Positions 1 to 13,701 of a stretch of 64,000 nt of DNA are shown piece by piece. The position numbers and the translations under genes were made by a program. Numbering within the stretch: the first letter of the stretch is position 1; every line of letters starts with the position of its first letter. Source of the DNA: Macrostomum lignano (taxonomy: Eukaryota); the NCBI GenBank assembly GCA_002269645.1, contig NIVC01000275.1:1-64000 (forward strand), in the 5' to 3' direction. The notes under the pieces were generated by a model. It saw nothing but the letters and a program-made list of their open reading frames with translations. It was not told the DNA's origin and ran no database searches.

Positions 1-310
1 GTCTCCAAACTAAGCCTGTCATGTTGTCCAACCTAAATCTGTGGTGTTCTCCAACCTAAACCTGTCATGTTCTCCAAACGAAACCTGTCATGTTCTCCAA
101 ACTAAATCTGTCATGTTCTCCAAACTAAATCTGTCATGTTCTCCAAACTAAATCTGTCATGTTGTCCAAACTAAATCTGTCATGTTCTCCAAACGAAACC
201 TGTCATGTTCTCCAAACTAAATCGGTCATGTTCTCCAAACTAAACCTGTTATATTCTCCAAACTAAACCTGCAATGTTCTCCGATCTAAATGTGATATGA
301 AGTCCAATAT
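1..310. repeat. Tandem minisatellite, ~23-bp unit (aaactaaatctgtcatgttctcc); probably intronic to the RING gene
   Basis: About 12 near-identical units from the window start, degenerating by ~310. Confidence 0.9.
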
Positions 311-432
311 GAATCCGTCAAAATCTGTCAAATACGTATTGCACTTGTGCGCAAACTCGCCATCCCACGAATGAAACGATGCGATTCCATTACCAACGAT
401 GCGATTCCACCACCAATGTCTGTTTCTCCCAG

Positions 433-680
433 ATCGTTGGGTCTCTATGCCTACAGCGGACACCCGAAGCCGCTGCACCGGCAGCAGCGGCAGCAGCGGC
501 AGAAGCAGAATGCTCACCAGAGCAACGCTCTGAGCAGGACACCGACAAGCCAGACTCAAGCGCATGCAGGGCGTGTCAGTCCAACCAGGTGAACAGAGTC
601 TGCCTGCCCTGCAGACACCTGGTGATTTGCTCGCGATGCAGTACGAGTCGGAGTCAATGCCCGAGGTGCGGGAGCAAGTG
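433..680 (+). CDS. C-terminal exon of a RING-HC (IAP/MDM2-like, zf-C3HC4_3 type) E3 ligase; rest of gene lies upstream of the window
   Basis: CRACQSNQVNRVCLPCRHLVICSRCSTSRSQCPRC fits C3HC4 spacing. Candidate acceptors are tttctccccag (432) and ctacag (456). The 3' end is unresolved; a possible last exon follows ctctctcag at ~799. Confidence 0.75.
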
Positions 681-1574
681 TGCTGGCCTTTCTCCCGGCC
701 TTTCTTACCTAACTGATATTTTGTTACTGTTAGTATTTTTTTATTTCTTGTAATACAAAACTTTTAACAAATTTATTGTCTCACTCTTCTCTCTCTCAGT
801 TGAAACCGTCTTGCTAGTGGTGATTGTAAGCTATATTATTGATATTAATACTTTGTTATGATTAAGGTAATAAATAACTTAAAAACGTAATATATTTACT
901 TGCTTGTTTGTTAATTTCTCTAATTCATTCTCTAACGTCGCTAGATATGTATAACTATGTATATAACTATAAGGATACAAATAGATCAATAGTAGCATTA
1001 TTAAATTTGTATTATTAATTAGTTAAACGATAATGCCTTAGACTTATCACATACGCTTATAGGTTTGCTTTATTATGCATTCGCACTGATAACTGAATGC
1101 ACTTTGTATAGCTCACAACTCCTGTACTCATGAGCGGGCCTTCATTGGAGTAGGAAGCTCCAAATTCGTGCAACCACTTTGCGGAGGCACACCCGCATCG
1201 AAGTTGTACTTGGGTTACTTCGACTCCACCACAAGATAGCCTCGATCCTGATTGGCCTACATGTATTTATCAACCATTTACCGGTGCAAAATCGAAATAT
1301 ATTGGCCTTCACTAAGATAAGTAGCCTTAAAAAGTATCTTTTTATGAGCACATAATAACGTTGGTTCTTCTGATCAACTGAAACGAATTCCCATTTGTTG
1401 CAAATTTTATCAACTTTTGTCCCGGCCACAGGTAAACTTAATAAAAACTGGGTATCAGCATTGTCTTCGAAGGTTTTCGGTATATTTTTATCAAGCAGAC
1501 GAAAAAAAGCCTTCTATTACCTCACAAGGTTACTCATATAGATACAATACGCCCGTAGCTCGCATGCTTCTTCC

Positions 1575-1895
1575 TCACGAAGCTGGATCCTCCTGAGACC
1601 CCGACTGCTCAGAAGTTGACTCAATCCTGGAGTAATACTGGCCGTTATATCTCCAGCGGCTCTTGCTCATGGACGCCTGGAACACCTGGGATCCAGGTGG
1701 CACCGGTCGCTTCTTAGCCGCCGTCCGCGGGCTGAGGATCTGATCGCTGCCGTCCTGCAGCGTCGGCTCGACGGTTGACTGGCGGTGCACAAAGGAGAAG
1801 CCGGGCAGGGCCCTCAGGTCCACGGCTGACTGCCCGCTTGCTGGCATCTCCACAGCGTCAGCTGCAGCCTCGTAGCTGCCGCTCTGCGACTCCAT
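1575..1895 (-). CDS. Probable exon of an unidentified minus-strand gene (Ser/Pro-rich, 106-aa ORF)
   Basis: GC-rich coding-like island. Minus-strand donor TC|GTGAGG at 1579/1578 and candidate acceptors near 1920-1945. No recognisable domain. Confidence 0.4.
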   Translation of the reverse strand: MESQSGSYEAAADAVEMPASGQSAVDLRALPGFSFVHRQSTVEPTLQDGSDQILSPRTAAKKRPVPPGSQVFQASMSKSRWRYNGQYYSRIESTSEQSGSQEDPAS

Positions 1896-2340
1896 GCTTC
1901 AACTCCTGCCGACACAGGCTGCAGACTGCATTTGAGATTTTGCTCTCTGAATTTATGCTTTTGTTGTGCGACGAGTCTTTTACAAGGCCTCCCACGGCTC
2001 AATTAATTTGATTGTCTTGGTCATACCCTGTCTGTTGTTTTAACGACCTGGCACAGCTCGCGCTGAGCACGGCTCACAGCCTGCATATTTTTGCAATTGT
2101 TGTATTTTATGCTTTTTTCACTGCGCAACCCAGTTTTACGATCTGCATTTATGGGAGACCTGCCTGGCTGTTTTTTATGGCATGGACGAGACGGAGGGGC
2201 GGATCTGCTCAAGCTCTGTCAGCTTATTACGTCTCCATCAAACTTCTGGTTGTAACAACCAGAGGGTTTGACCGTGCTTTATTTATTGCCTCCGATGCCT
2301 TTGTGTTTTACTCTCACCCCATTCGCCTTCATCTCCAATG

Positions 2341-2580
2341 CAAATATGCTACTCCGTCTCCATGTCACTCTCTCCCTCCGTCTCCCTGTCACTCTCTCCC
2401 TCCGTCTCCCTGTCACTCTTCATCCGTCTCCTTGTCACTCTCCCTCCGTCTCCCTGTTACTCTTCACCCGTCTCCCTGTCACTCGCCCTCCGTCTCCCTG
2501 TTACTCTTCACCCGTCTCCCTGTCACTCTTCATCCGTCTCCATGTCACTCTCCCTCTGTCTCCCCTGTCACTCTTCATTT
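2341..2580. repeat. Degenerate ~22-bp tandem repeat (ccgtctccctgtcactctc)
   Basis: Repeating ctgtcact/ccgtctcc units; the same family recurs at 4590-4720. Confidence 0.85.
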
Positions 2581-3169
2581 TGATGAGGACGCACTTTTTC
2601 CCAAATCCCGCGCTAGCACATGGGCTCTAAACTTACTAGACTACTGACAGCAGGCTAAGGGCATTTTTATTCTTTTTCTGCGAATTGTCATAGAATCTAT
2701 ACTAGATATAATGTTTGGTCATACTAGTAGTCATAATAACATAGGCGCAGCTTTTTGGGTCATAAATCATCGCTTTCGAAGCTGGTCTGACAGCCACCTG
2801 CGCCTCACTCGGTGTTGAGGCTGGCGCCAGATGGTCTGAGAGGATGCGGGCAGCAGGTTTTTTCTCATCATTTTGACAGGCCATCAAGATTTATGAGGTC
2901 AGAGCCTATTGTTCGTGTTCACTCAAGCGTGTGACAGCTTTGACAGCTATGCGTTTTACCCCTAAAAGTACTTTGGGATTAGCGATTAGCGATTTCTCTT
3001 CATTATCTTCAATTTCTATTTAGTAAGAGCTTTCTAATGTATATTTTTTCATTAATTTCTGTCAATCCTACGCGAAAAGTCATAAATCATTTTGTTGCGA
3101 TTTTGATTGATTTATGGCCGCACCTGTCATCTTTTTACGATCCTGTGGGAACTGATAGGATCTCCCGGT

Positions 3170-3300
3170 CACGTGATTCTGGGTAGCAACAAGCTTAGCC
3201 AATCAGAAAATTCGGCGCTCATTTTAACAAAACGGCTCAGCCAATCAGAATCGACGTGTTCCATTATAACAAACTGCGGTCCAGTTGGCGGCTATTTAAA
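3170..3300 (+). promoter_or_regulatory. Pol II promoter-like cluster: E-box, two CCAAT boxes and a TATA-like box
   Basis: CACGTG 3170-3175; agCCAATcagaa at 3199 and 3241; TATTTAAA 3293-3300. Confidence 0.5.
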
Positions 3301-4589
3301 CCGGAGTTTTTGGCCCGCTCGGACTCGAACCTCCGTGGAACCTCCTGGGAACTTGGCCTAGCTTGAGACCTCCCGGAGCCTGACCGTCGTTTCTTGATCC
3401 CCGGATTGCGACTTCCCCCCCCCCCATCATCATCAAGGACGAGTCCCCCGGTCATCAGCAGCGAACATCAAGTGAAGAGCATCACCTGCTAGCTAACAGC
3501 GAAGATTGTGACAGTATCATCCCGAGTCTACAGCTGCAGAGCATCAAGCCGATTCGGTCACTGTGGATTACCTGGTCTCCGGCTGTTGAGTTTCTGATTG
3601 GTTGGGTGAGAGGCTGCCTAGACTTGCTTGATTGGGTGATCCCTCATCTGTCTCCTGTTTCAGTAGCTGGATTAGGCGCACACTTTTGCTCATTTTGTTC
3701 AGTAGTGCTGTAATCGAGGCAGAAGTCATTCAATAATACTGCTAGTAGTCTAAAACTCCAATTCAATCTGAAGTGTGAAGTGATCTAAGGAGGTTAAATC
3801 TAACAGTTATTTTTATCGGTTTTATTTCTTTGTTCGCCGATGGCTCAGATGAGTAGCTAAGCTAGTAGGCGCCGGTCACAGTGGACCAATGGCAAGGCAG
3901 TTCTCAGTCGATCAATCTATCAAATCAGTGAGCAAAGCTGCCAGGAGTGCAGAATCGGCTCCAGAGGTGTACTCTGTGCACTCTAGGTTCGCCAAGCGGC
4001 TCGGGTGATGAATCATGCGGTCTCTGAAGTTCGAGTTAGTCTATCATCAGCGCTAGGAGAGGCTAGTTGGCGCGTTGAAGGCCAAAAGTACAAACCTTCG
4101 TATTTAGCAATGTAATAGTACATGTAGCTACCCCATAGACTCGCCACCGCAAGAATCCCCTGCACAAGTCCCCTCTGTGTACCTGCATGGCCAATGCGAT
4201 CTAGTCCCAGCAGTGTCCCTTATCATCGGCTATGACTTCGAGATTGACAGCAAAAAGACACTAGTTGGCAGGTAAGTGCAAAGCCCCTTCTAGTCGGAAG
4301 CCCGATTTCGAGAGTCCCGGTGTGGTGAGCCAGGGCGCACAGTCTGGTGGCAGCAAGTTAGTTGATCTGCGGATTAGCTAATTTCTACCTTCGAAATTCT
4401 CCCTGCTCGTCTCTCGCTTAGTCCCTCTCTTAGCTATAGGACCTAGACTGCTCGCCACACGATCAAGCTACCATGGGGCTGACCATCTGACAGGAGTGGG
4501 GGGCCAGGTCTCTAATTGATTTATTTCTGAGCCTGAGGCCCGAAGGCTTCCCTAACAAGGAGCCCGAAGGTCGAAACCCATCAATTTCA

Positions 4590-4720
4590 TCCGTCTCCCT
4601 GTTACTTTTCACCTGTCTCCCTGTCACTCGCCTCCGTCTCCCTGTCAATCTGACAACGTCTCTCTGTCGATCATCTTTCGTCACCTAATTATCACTCTCC
4701 TGTCTCGCTGTCACTCTGCC
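4590..4720. repeat. Second block of the ctgtcact/ccgtctcc repeat
   Basis: Same unit as 2341-2580. Confidence 0.75.
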
Positions 4721-6573
4721 CCATCTCCTGATCAAAATTCCGAGCTCTTACAAATGTCTTCCTCCAATGTGTCTTATGATCACAAGCGAAAATTGCTTGT
4801 TTGAGCATTGTTATCGACTAATAGTCATGTCACGTGGTCTTTGCTAATAGTAAAGTAGAATGCACTTCGTTTAAATTTTAATAAGTCTGCATGAATCTTA
4901 GATATATACATGTAATTATTATCGAATGGACCATCTGATTTGCAATAGCCATCTCTAGCTATAAACAGATTATGAACAAGCCAAAACAGCTCTCTTTTTA
5001 AACATGTAGTCAACTCAACTGCCCCGTGATCGATCATCTATTTGATCGCGCCCTGTTGCCATGGTCCGTTCAACATGTTAGCAACCTGACTTTTGAAAAT
5101 GGCTTGGACGCCTGAGTTAAAGCTGAATTAACCGCCTGTGGTTGGTTAGCGGACGTGACACATAAGTGACTGCAGGGAGACGCGGAGGAAGAGTGACGGC
5201 GACGGATGGAGAATGCCCTGCCTAGGAATCTTTTTTAAATTAAAATCGATAAACTCGCAAATAAGCAAATACGAGCGTATCGGCTGTGTTCACTTCACTA
5301 AAATAAAAATTTTTGGTCTGAATATTCAGCGTTGAACAAATTGAAATTTATACCTTCGCTGCTAATTCAACACGATTGAAATTAAAATTGAAGCGATTAA
5401 ATTAAAATTTCGAAATATTTCTCAACAACTAGGGCTTCGCATCACAAGAAGCATAATTTCCAAGAACCAACCTTACATAACATCACCATAAAGCATTTTA
5501 CCAAGGACTACTCAAGTATTCCTTACATTTTACATGTGGAGGTTCCACCTATACATTTAATTACATTACATTAGGTCGCATTATCAGTACAAGTACACTC
5601 TGTGTAATTGTGCATGCGTGGTTCTGTTCTATTATAGATGCTGCTGACGACTGCATGATGATACATTTAGTAGGTAGGGCCGGGCCTAGCAATGCATGGG
5701 CCTAGACGAACATAGCCGTTGAGTTGAGTACAGAAGGTCAGAAACATTTATTTTGTTTTCAAGATGTAGTCCTAAAGAAAAGAAAAGCAGCAATCAACAA
5801 TAGTTTTAGTCATTCTTAATTTAGATCTTTGCTTTTTTGCAATAATTTACAAGTGTGTTTGCTATAGCCTATATTAACATAATAGAAACTGCTAAGTAAC
5901 ACAGTAGGACTAGCAATGCATGCAGTGCCCAATATTGATATAGGCCCCTAATGCTGAATAAATATTATGAAAAAAATTGGACCATCTTCTTAATTCCAAT
6001 GTAGGCCTATGCAAAGCTTGTATGGCCAATGCCTAAGCTAGTATAAACCAACCTGATTTATTTAAATTCATTAGGCCCTAGGCCTATTTATTATTATTTA
6101 ACTTTTGTTTAAAAAAACAAACAAATTGTTTCTTTATTTTTTATTATTAGGACTAACATTATATTAAATTTAGGCTTTTAAAAATAGATTGCCATTATTA
6201 TTTATTACTAGGCCTATATATTAGCCTTAGTAGATTATTATACTTATATGCCTAGTATTAATTATACTATTATGTATTAATATTATTCAGTTATAATTTT
6301 AATATAATAGCTATAATGGCTATATTGGGTCTTAGACTTAGTGCACTTTTAGGCAACATTGTCATGTACTTAGTAAGAGGCATTATTGAATATTGTATAT
6401 TTTGCTTACTCTTCTAAATTGGCATATAAAATAATATATATACATATAAAATGATATAGATATATGATCATGTAAGAATATATAGGCTTATAATATCATC
6501 AAAGTATTAAAATAGAAGAATAAAATAACTTTGTTATTCCATGCAATATATGCATAAGATATTAATCTATATA

Positions 6574-7309
6574 CAAAGGGTGCTAGCTGGGATAGTGATC
6601 ATTTGGGCACTACTTTCTACAATAGCATCTAAATTGCCTAAATGAGTAGGTAGTTTGAAGAAAAACTATTAATGGTCTAGATGAGTGTTGATTTTTTTTC
6701 TCTAGCACTTTTATTAGCTGAGTTATAGCCCATCACGTGGTTATATCTACAGACATAAATTGCAATTTTCACCAGCTGCTAAAAGATAAAAGTCTAAAGC
6801 CACTAGGATTGGAGGGTCAGGGGTCAAACAGGGACACAATCGTTCTTGAAAAATCTTAAGCAAAAGAATCAAATGTCATCACAATCATCGCAATCTTCCT
6901 CTCAGCGATCACCTTTGCCCACTTCTTCGAGAGCTTGTTGATAGCCTGCCAATACATGGAGCAGAATTCCTGCGAGCAAATCAGATGCATCACCTTAGCT
7001 TCCACTTGCACATGGTCGCTGCCAAGCACTCAACCCTGCATGAGCTGCTTAAATGCACCAAATACTCTGTAGTTGCAGGGTGATATACCTGGTGATATGT
7101 CACCCGCAACTAGTGAAATTGCAATTTATGGCCATAGATATCACCACGTGATAGGCCATAACTCAGCTAATAAGTGCTAGAGAAAAAAATCAACACTCAT
7201 CTAGACCATTGATAGTTTTTCTTTAAACTACCTGCTCCTTTAGGCAATTTAGATGCCATTGTAGAAAGTAGCATGCCCAAATGATCACTATCCCAGCTAG
7301 CACCCTTTG
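6574..7309 (-). mobile_element. Non-autonomous Tc1/mariner deletion derivative, 736 bp
   Basis: TIRs of ~205 bp (CAAAGGGTGCTAGC...GCTAGCACCCTTTG) flanked by TA on both sides. An internal minus-strand remnant YWQAINKLSKKWAKVIAE resembles the mariner transposase C-terminus (GIxKLxxRWxKVI). Confidence 0.85.
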
Positions 7310-8441
7310 TATAAGATAGTATAGGCCTACTATTGCTTTAAAGTACAAAAACTTACTATATAACTATATACTATACACTACCATATACTATATACCAGGC
7401 AATTGGCTATAGACTATGGTCAAGACTATGTCATTTAAGAGACTTACTTATTATGGACTAGAAAATTATTTAGTATAGGGGCCTAGTATTGCCATTTAGT
7501 TTTATTTTAAAAGTGTAGTTGATAGCTAAATAAATCATTTTAAAATCATTTTAATAAATCATTTAGTGCATCTACTCAATGATTGCAAAAATAGTTTTTT
7601 GGTTGCCTATAAATTATCTATAAACCCTTGAATTATTAACTCTATAAAAGCCATGACTATTTTTGCTCTATTGCTTAGATTAAAAGTTAGAAAATAAAGT
7701 TGCTTTGCTTTCTTTGTCTTAATGCTTTATGGTATTTGCTTAATAAGCTTTTTTGGATTCTGTAGATAAATAATCACATTAACAATAAGAAAATAATTTA
7801 ATGAATAGTTCTGCAAGATAGTCTTAGATATATACACACTCCATTGTGCCTTGGGATTGGCCTTCAAGAGCATTCTTTAAATCTACAAGATTAAGGGATA
7901 AAATATATAATCTAATTTCTAATGTAGCATTATAGAAATGGTTCTATTTTCTTATATTTTTATCTAGATTCAACTACTTAGAAATATATAGAAATGGCAT
8001 AAATGATTGACAAGCATAAATAGCTCTATAGACATTTAAATAACATGGCAATCAGGTCCTAAAGGATTTGGCCATAAAAGTCTAATAAAAATTGTATTTA
8101 AAAAGACTAAAGGTACTATGCTAATAATGCTTTTTAATTCAATTCAAATTGTCTCAGTTTGACTTAACTCAATTCCAATGATGCTATAGGCTTGGCAGAC
8201 ACCAATATTATACATTTGCAGTCTCCCAAATTTATGCTGGCTATTTGACTTAGTTTTTAACAAAAATACTAATTTAGTTGGCTCCAGTTGCAACTCAGCT
8301 CTAGTTATTTATTTTTTTAGTTAGCCATAATGATTTGATTTTAAATTCATACCTTCACCCTGAAAATGGTTTAAAATAATAATAACTAGGCCTAACCTTT
8401 GAAAATACTGCATGAACTAGAAGTTAACAAGCAAACATTAA

Positions 8442-9897
<1,456 letters not shown>

Positions 9898-9944
9898 AGG
9901 CACTGTCTGATCTAGTCACACTGGGCTTCATTTAGCTTCTTGTT

Positions 9945-10790
9945 ATGGGATTTCAGTTGCTGTGAGATCCGCAACTGAGATCGGGGATTTCAGTTGCTGT
10001 GAGATCCGCAACTGAGATGGGGGATTTCAGTTGCTGTGGGATCCCCTACTGAGATGGGGGATTTCAGTTGCTGTGAGATCCCCAACTGAGATGGGGGATT
10101 TCAGTTGCTGTGAGATCCCCAATCGAGATGGGGGATTTCAGTTGCTGTGAGATCCCCAATTGAGATGGGGGATTTCAGTTGCTGTGAGATCCCCAATTGA
10201 GATGGGGGATTTCAGTTGCTGTGAGATCCCCAATTGAGATGGGGGATTTCAGTTGCTGTGAGATCCCCAATTGAGATGGGGGATTTCAGTTGCTGTGAGA
10301 TCCCCAATCGAGATGGGGGATTTCAGTTGCCTTGAGATCCCCAACTGCCATGGGATTTCAGTTTCTGTGGGATCCCCAATCGAGATGGGGGATTTCAGTT
10401 GCCTTGAGATCCCCAACTGCCATGGGATTTCAGTTGCTGTGAGATCCCCAACTGCCATGGGATTTCAGTTGCTGTGAGATCCCCAATCGAGATGGGGGGT
10501 TTCAGTTGCCTTGAGATCCCCAACTGCCATGGGATTTCAGTTTCTGTGGGATCCCCAATCGAGATGGGGGATTTCAGTTGCCTTGAGATCCCCAACTGCC
10601 ATGGGATTTCAGTTGCTGTGAGATCCCCAACTGCCATGGGATTTCAGTTGCTGTGAGATCCCCAGCTGCCATGGGATTTCAGTTGCTGTGAGATCCCCAA
10701 TCGAGATGGGGGGTTTCAGTTGCCTTGAGATCCCCAACTGAGATGGGATTTCAGTTGCTGTGAGATCCCCAACTGGTTTCTGATTTCAGT
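9945..10790. repeat. Tandem repeat, ~39-bp unit (gggatttcagttgctgtgagatccccaattgagatggg) with shorter variants in the right half
   Basis: Directly visible; starts ~50 bp after the SLC66A2 stop codon. Confidence 0.95.
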
Positions 10791-11319
10791 TGCTATAAGG
10801 CTGTGTTTACAGACTCCATAGAAAAAATGGTACATCAGAAGTTGCACACTTGTCAGTCAGTCTTGCTTATGTCCTCAACAACTAATCTCTTAATCTCTTA
10901 AGGTAAATCTCTTAATGCTCTTTCTGTAATTAACGTTGTTTGAAATTAAATTGAATTTGTTTCAAACAGTAATTATAACTTTGCCAAGAACTCAACATTC
11001 CAGAGAGTTTTAAAGCTGTGAAAAGAAAGAATTCCAACCATTAAATGCGCGTTGCTCTACTTAGTTAGTAGCAATATCTGTAATATCATGCCGTGCTTTT
11101 TTGTCGTTTTTTCGGTTGTTGCTTTTAGTTGCACTTATTGGCGAAATATATGCTGTGCAGAATTTGAATTTGAAAACTTTCCTTGTTGCCGGCTGGCCTC
11201 AAATATTAATCTGAGCTGATGATTTGCATGACCGATTTTAACTGCTAACTGACTACAGCAATCGGATTTTCGACTCGCTTTTATTTACCCACTTTGCCCA
11301 CTGAGAGACCTACTGCTGA

Positions 11320-12845
11320 AGGGGGGGAGCGGTGGGGTGACATGTGACCAGTGAATCACCAGGGACAGGGGGAGAGCGGTGGGGTGACCAGTGAATCACC
11401 GGGGGCATTGGGGGAGAGCGGTGGGGGTGACCAGTGAATCACCGGGGTGAGGGAGAGCGGTGGGGTGACCAGTGAAGGACTGGGGGTAGGGGGTTAGTGG
11501 GGGTGACCAGTGAAGGACCGGGGGTAGGGGGTTAGTGGGGGTGACCAGTGAAGGACCGGGTAGGGGGTTAGTGGGGGTGACCAGTGAAGGACCGGGTAGG
11601 GGGATAGTGGGGTGACCAGTGAATCACCGGGGTAGGGGGTAGTGGGGGTGACCAGTGAATCACCGGGGGTAGGGGGGTAGTGGGGGTGACCAGTGAATCA
11701 CCGGGGGTAGGGGGGTAGTGGGGGTGACCAGTGAATCACCGGGGGTAGGGGGTAGTGGGGGTGACCAGTGAAGGACCGGGTAGGGGGTAGTGGGGGTGAC
11801 CAGTGAAGGACCGGGTAGGGGGTAGTGGGGGTGACCAGTGAAGGACCGGGTAGGGGGTAGTGGGGGTGACCAGTGAAGGACCGGGGGTAGGGGGGTGGTG
11901 GGGGTGACCAGTGAAGGACCGGGGTAGGGTGGTAGTGGGAGTGACCAGTGAAGGACCGGGGGTAGGGGTGGTGGGGTGACCAGTGAAGGACCGGGGGTAG
12001 GGGGTTAGTGGGGGTGACCAGTAAAGGACCGGGTAGGGGGATAGTGGGGGTGACCAGTGAAGGACTGGGGGTAGGGGGGTTAGTGGGGGTGACCAGTGAA
12101 GGACCGGGTAGGGGATAGTGGGGGTGACCAGTGAAGGACTGGGGGTAGGGGGGTTAGTGGGGGTGACCAGTGAAGGACCGGGTAGGGGGGTTAGTGGGGG
12201 TGACCAGTGAAGGACCGGGTAGGGGGATAGTGGGGTGACCAGTGAATCACCGGGGGTAGGGGGTAGTGGGGGTGACCAGTGAAGGAACGGGGGTAGGGGG
12301 GTAGTGGGAGTGACCAGTGAAGGACCGGGGGTAGGGGTGGTGGGAGTGACCAGTGAAGGACCGGGGGTAGGGGGTGGTGGGGGTGACCAGTGAAGGACCG
12401 GGGGTAGGGGGTAGTGGGGGTGACCAGTGAAGGACCGGGGGTAGGGGGGTAGTGGGGGTGACCAGTGAAGGACCGGGGGTAGGGGGGTAGTGGGGGTGAC
12501 CAGTGAAGGACCGGGTAGGGGGTAGTGGGGGTGACCAGTGAAGGACCGGGGGTAGGGGGTGGTGGGGGTGACCAGTGAAGGACCGGGGGTAGGGTGGTAG
12601 TGGGAGTGACCAGTGAAGGACCGGGGGTAGGGGGTGGTGGGGGTGACCAGTGAAGGACCGGGGTAGGGGGTAGTGGGAGTGACCAGTGAAGGACCGGGGG
12701 TAGGGGTGGTGGGGGTGACCAGTGAAGGACCGGGTAGGGGGGTAGTGGGGGTGACCAGTGAAGGACCGGGGGTAGGGGGGTAGTGGGAGTGACCAGTGAA
12801 GGACCGGGGGTAGGGGGGTAGTGGGGGTGACCAGTGAAGGACCGG
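11320..12845. repeat. G-rich tandem repeat, ~36-38-bp unit (gggggtgaccagtgaaggaccgggggtaggggggtagt)
   Basis: About 40 units, each with several G4-G6 runs on the + strand. Confidence 0.95.
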
Positions 12846-13701
12846 GGGGCAGGTTGAAGGATGCGTAGGCAGATGCAGGCAGGCTCTGCACCCGAGGCGC
12901 GGGTGCTAGCGCTGCTGATTAACTAATTGCTTGAATGGTTGCAGATGCGGGTCCCCCAGACTGCTCGGTCCAAGTGGCCTCTTTAAGCTCCCGCAGCTGC
13001 AGCATGGCTCAAATTAATAAGCGAGCGAAAAAAATGTAAACAAGTGTTTGTCGGATGGGATATTCGAATCGAGTTTAAAAATACGTATTGCTATCATTTT
13101 TAGTCGAAAGCAAAGCGTTCGAAACGAACTGAAAGCGTTAGTGGGCCCGGTTCCTCGGGTGTTTTCCGCATCCCTAGCTGCCGCTCCCATGCATGGGAAT
13201 TGGGTGAGGTGCTGGGGGAAAATGTGGTGGTTTGAAACAAATTCTGTGTTTCCGTCAGAGTTCGCAGTGAGAGCCTCGTTCTGGCTCGTTCTGCTTCTCG
13301 AGGGTAAAAGCGGCAAAATCGGCTGTGGGGCTGCGGGGGCCAATCCGGTGGGGTCCCTCGTGAGGGTGTCCCGTGCAGACGTGCTCAGTTTATCAGCTCA
13401 GTGCCTCCCTCCCCCCCCCTGCCAGGCATACAGAGCCATTAAGACAGCCAAATTCGAGTCCTTATCTGCCAGTACAAAGTCTTAATTCGCTGTCTAGGCC
13501 GCGGCCGACTCTGATTGACCTATCTGCGGCTCAATTAACCGCCGCGTACCTGACCCGCCTGTTCCTCTGCTTCTCTCTCTCTCTCTCTCTCCGCAAGAAA
13601 TCCTGCTAGCAGCTTGATAGACGCGAGCGCAGAGTACGCGGCCTTCTGTGCTCCGAAGCGGAGACAAAAGCACCCGACCGAGCGGGCCAGACGAAGGCGG
13701 C

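Noticed and set aside
3125-4492. Solo LTR call from TGTCA...TGACA ends
   Set aside because: Flanks gcacc and ggagt do not form a TSD, and no PBS/PPT is evident. Kept only as an unexplained island.
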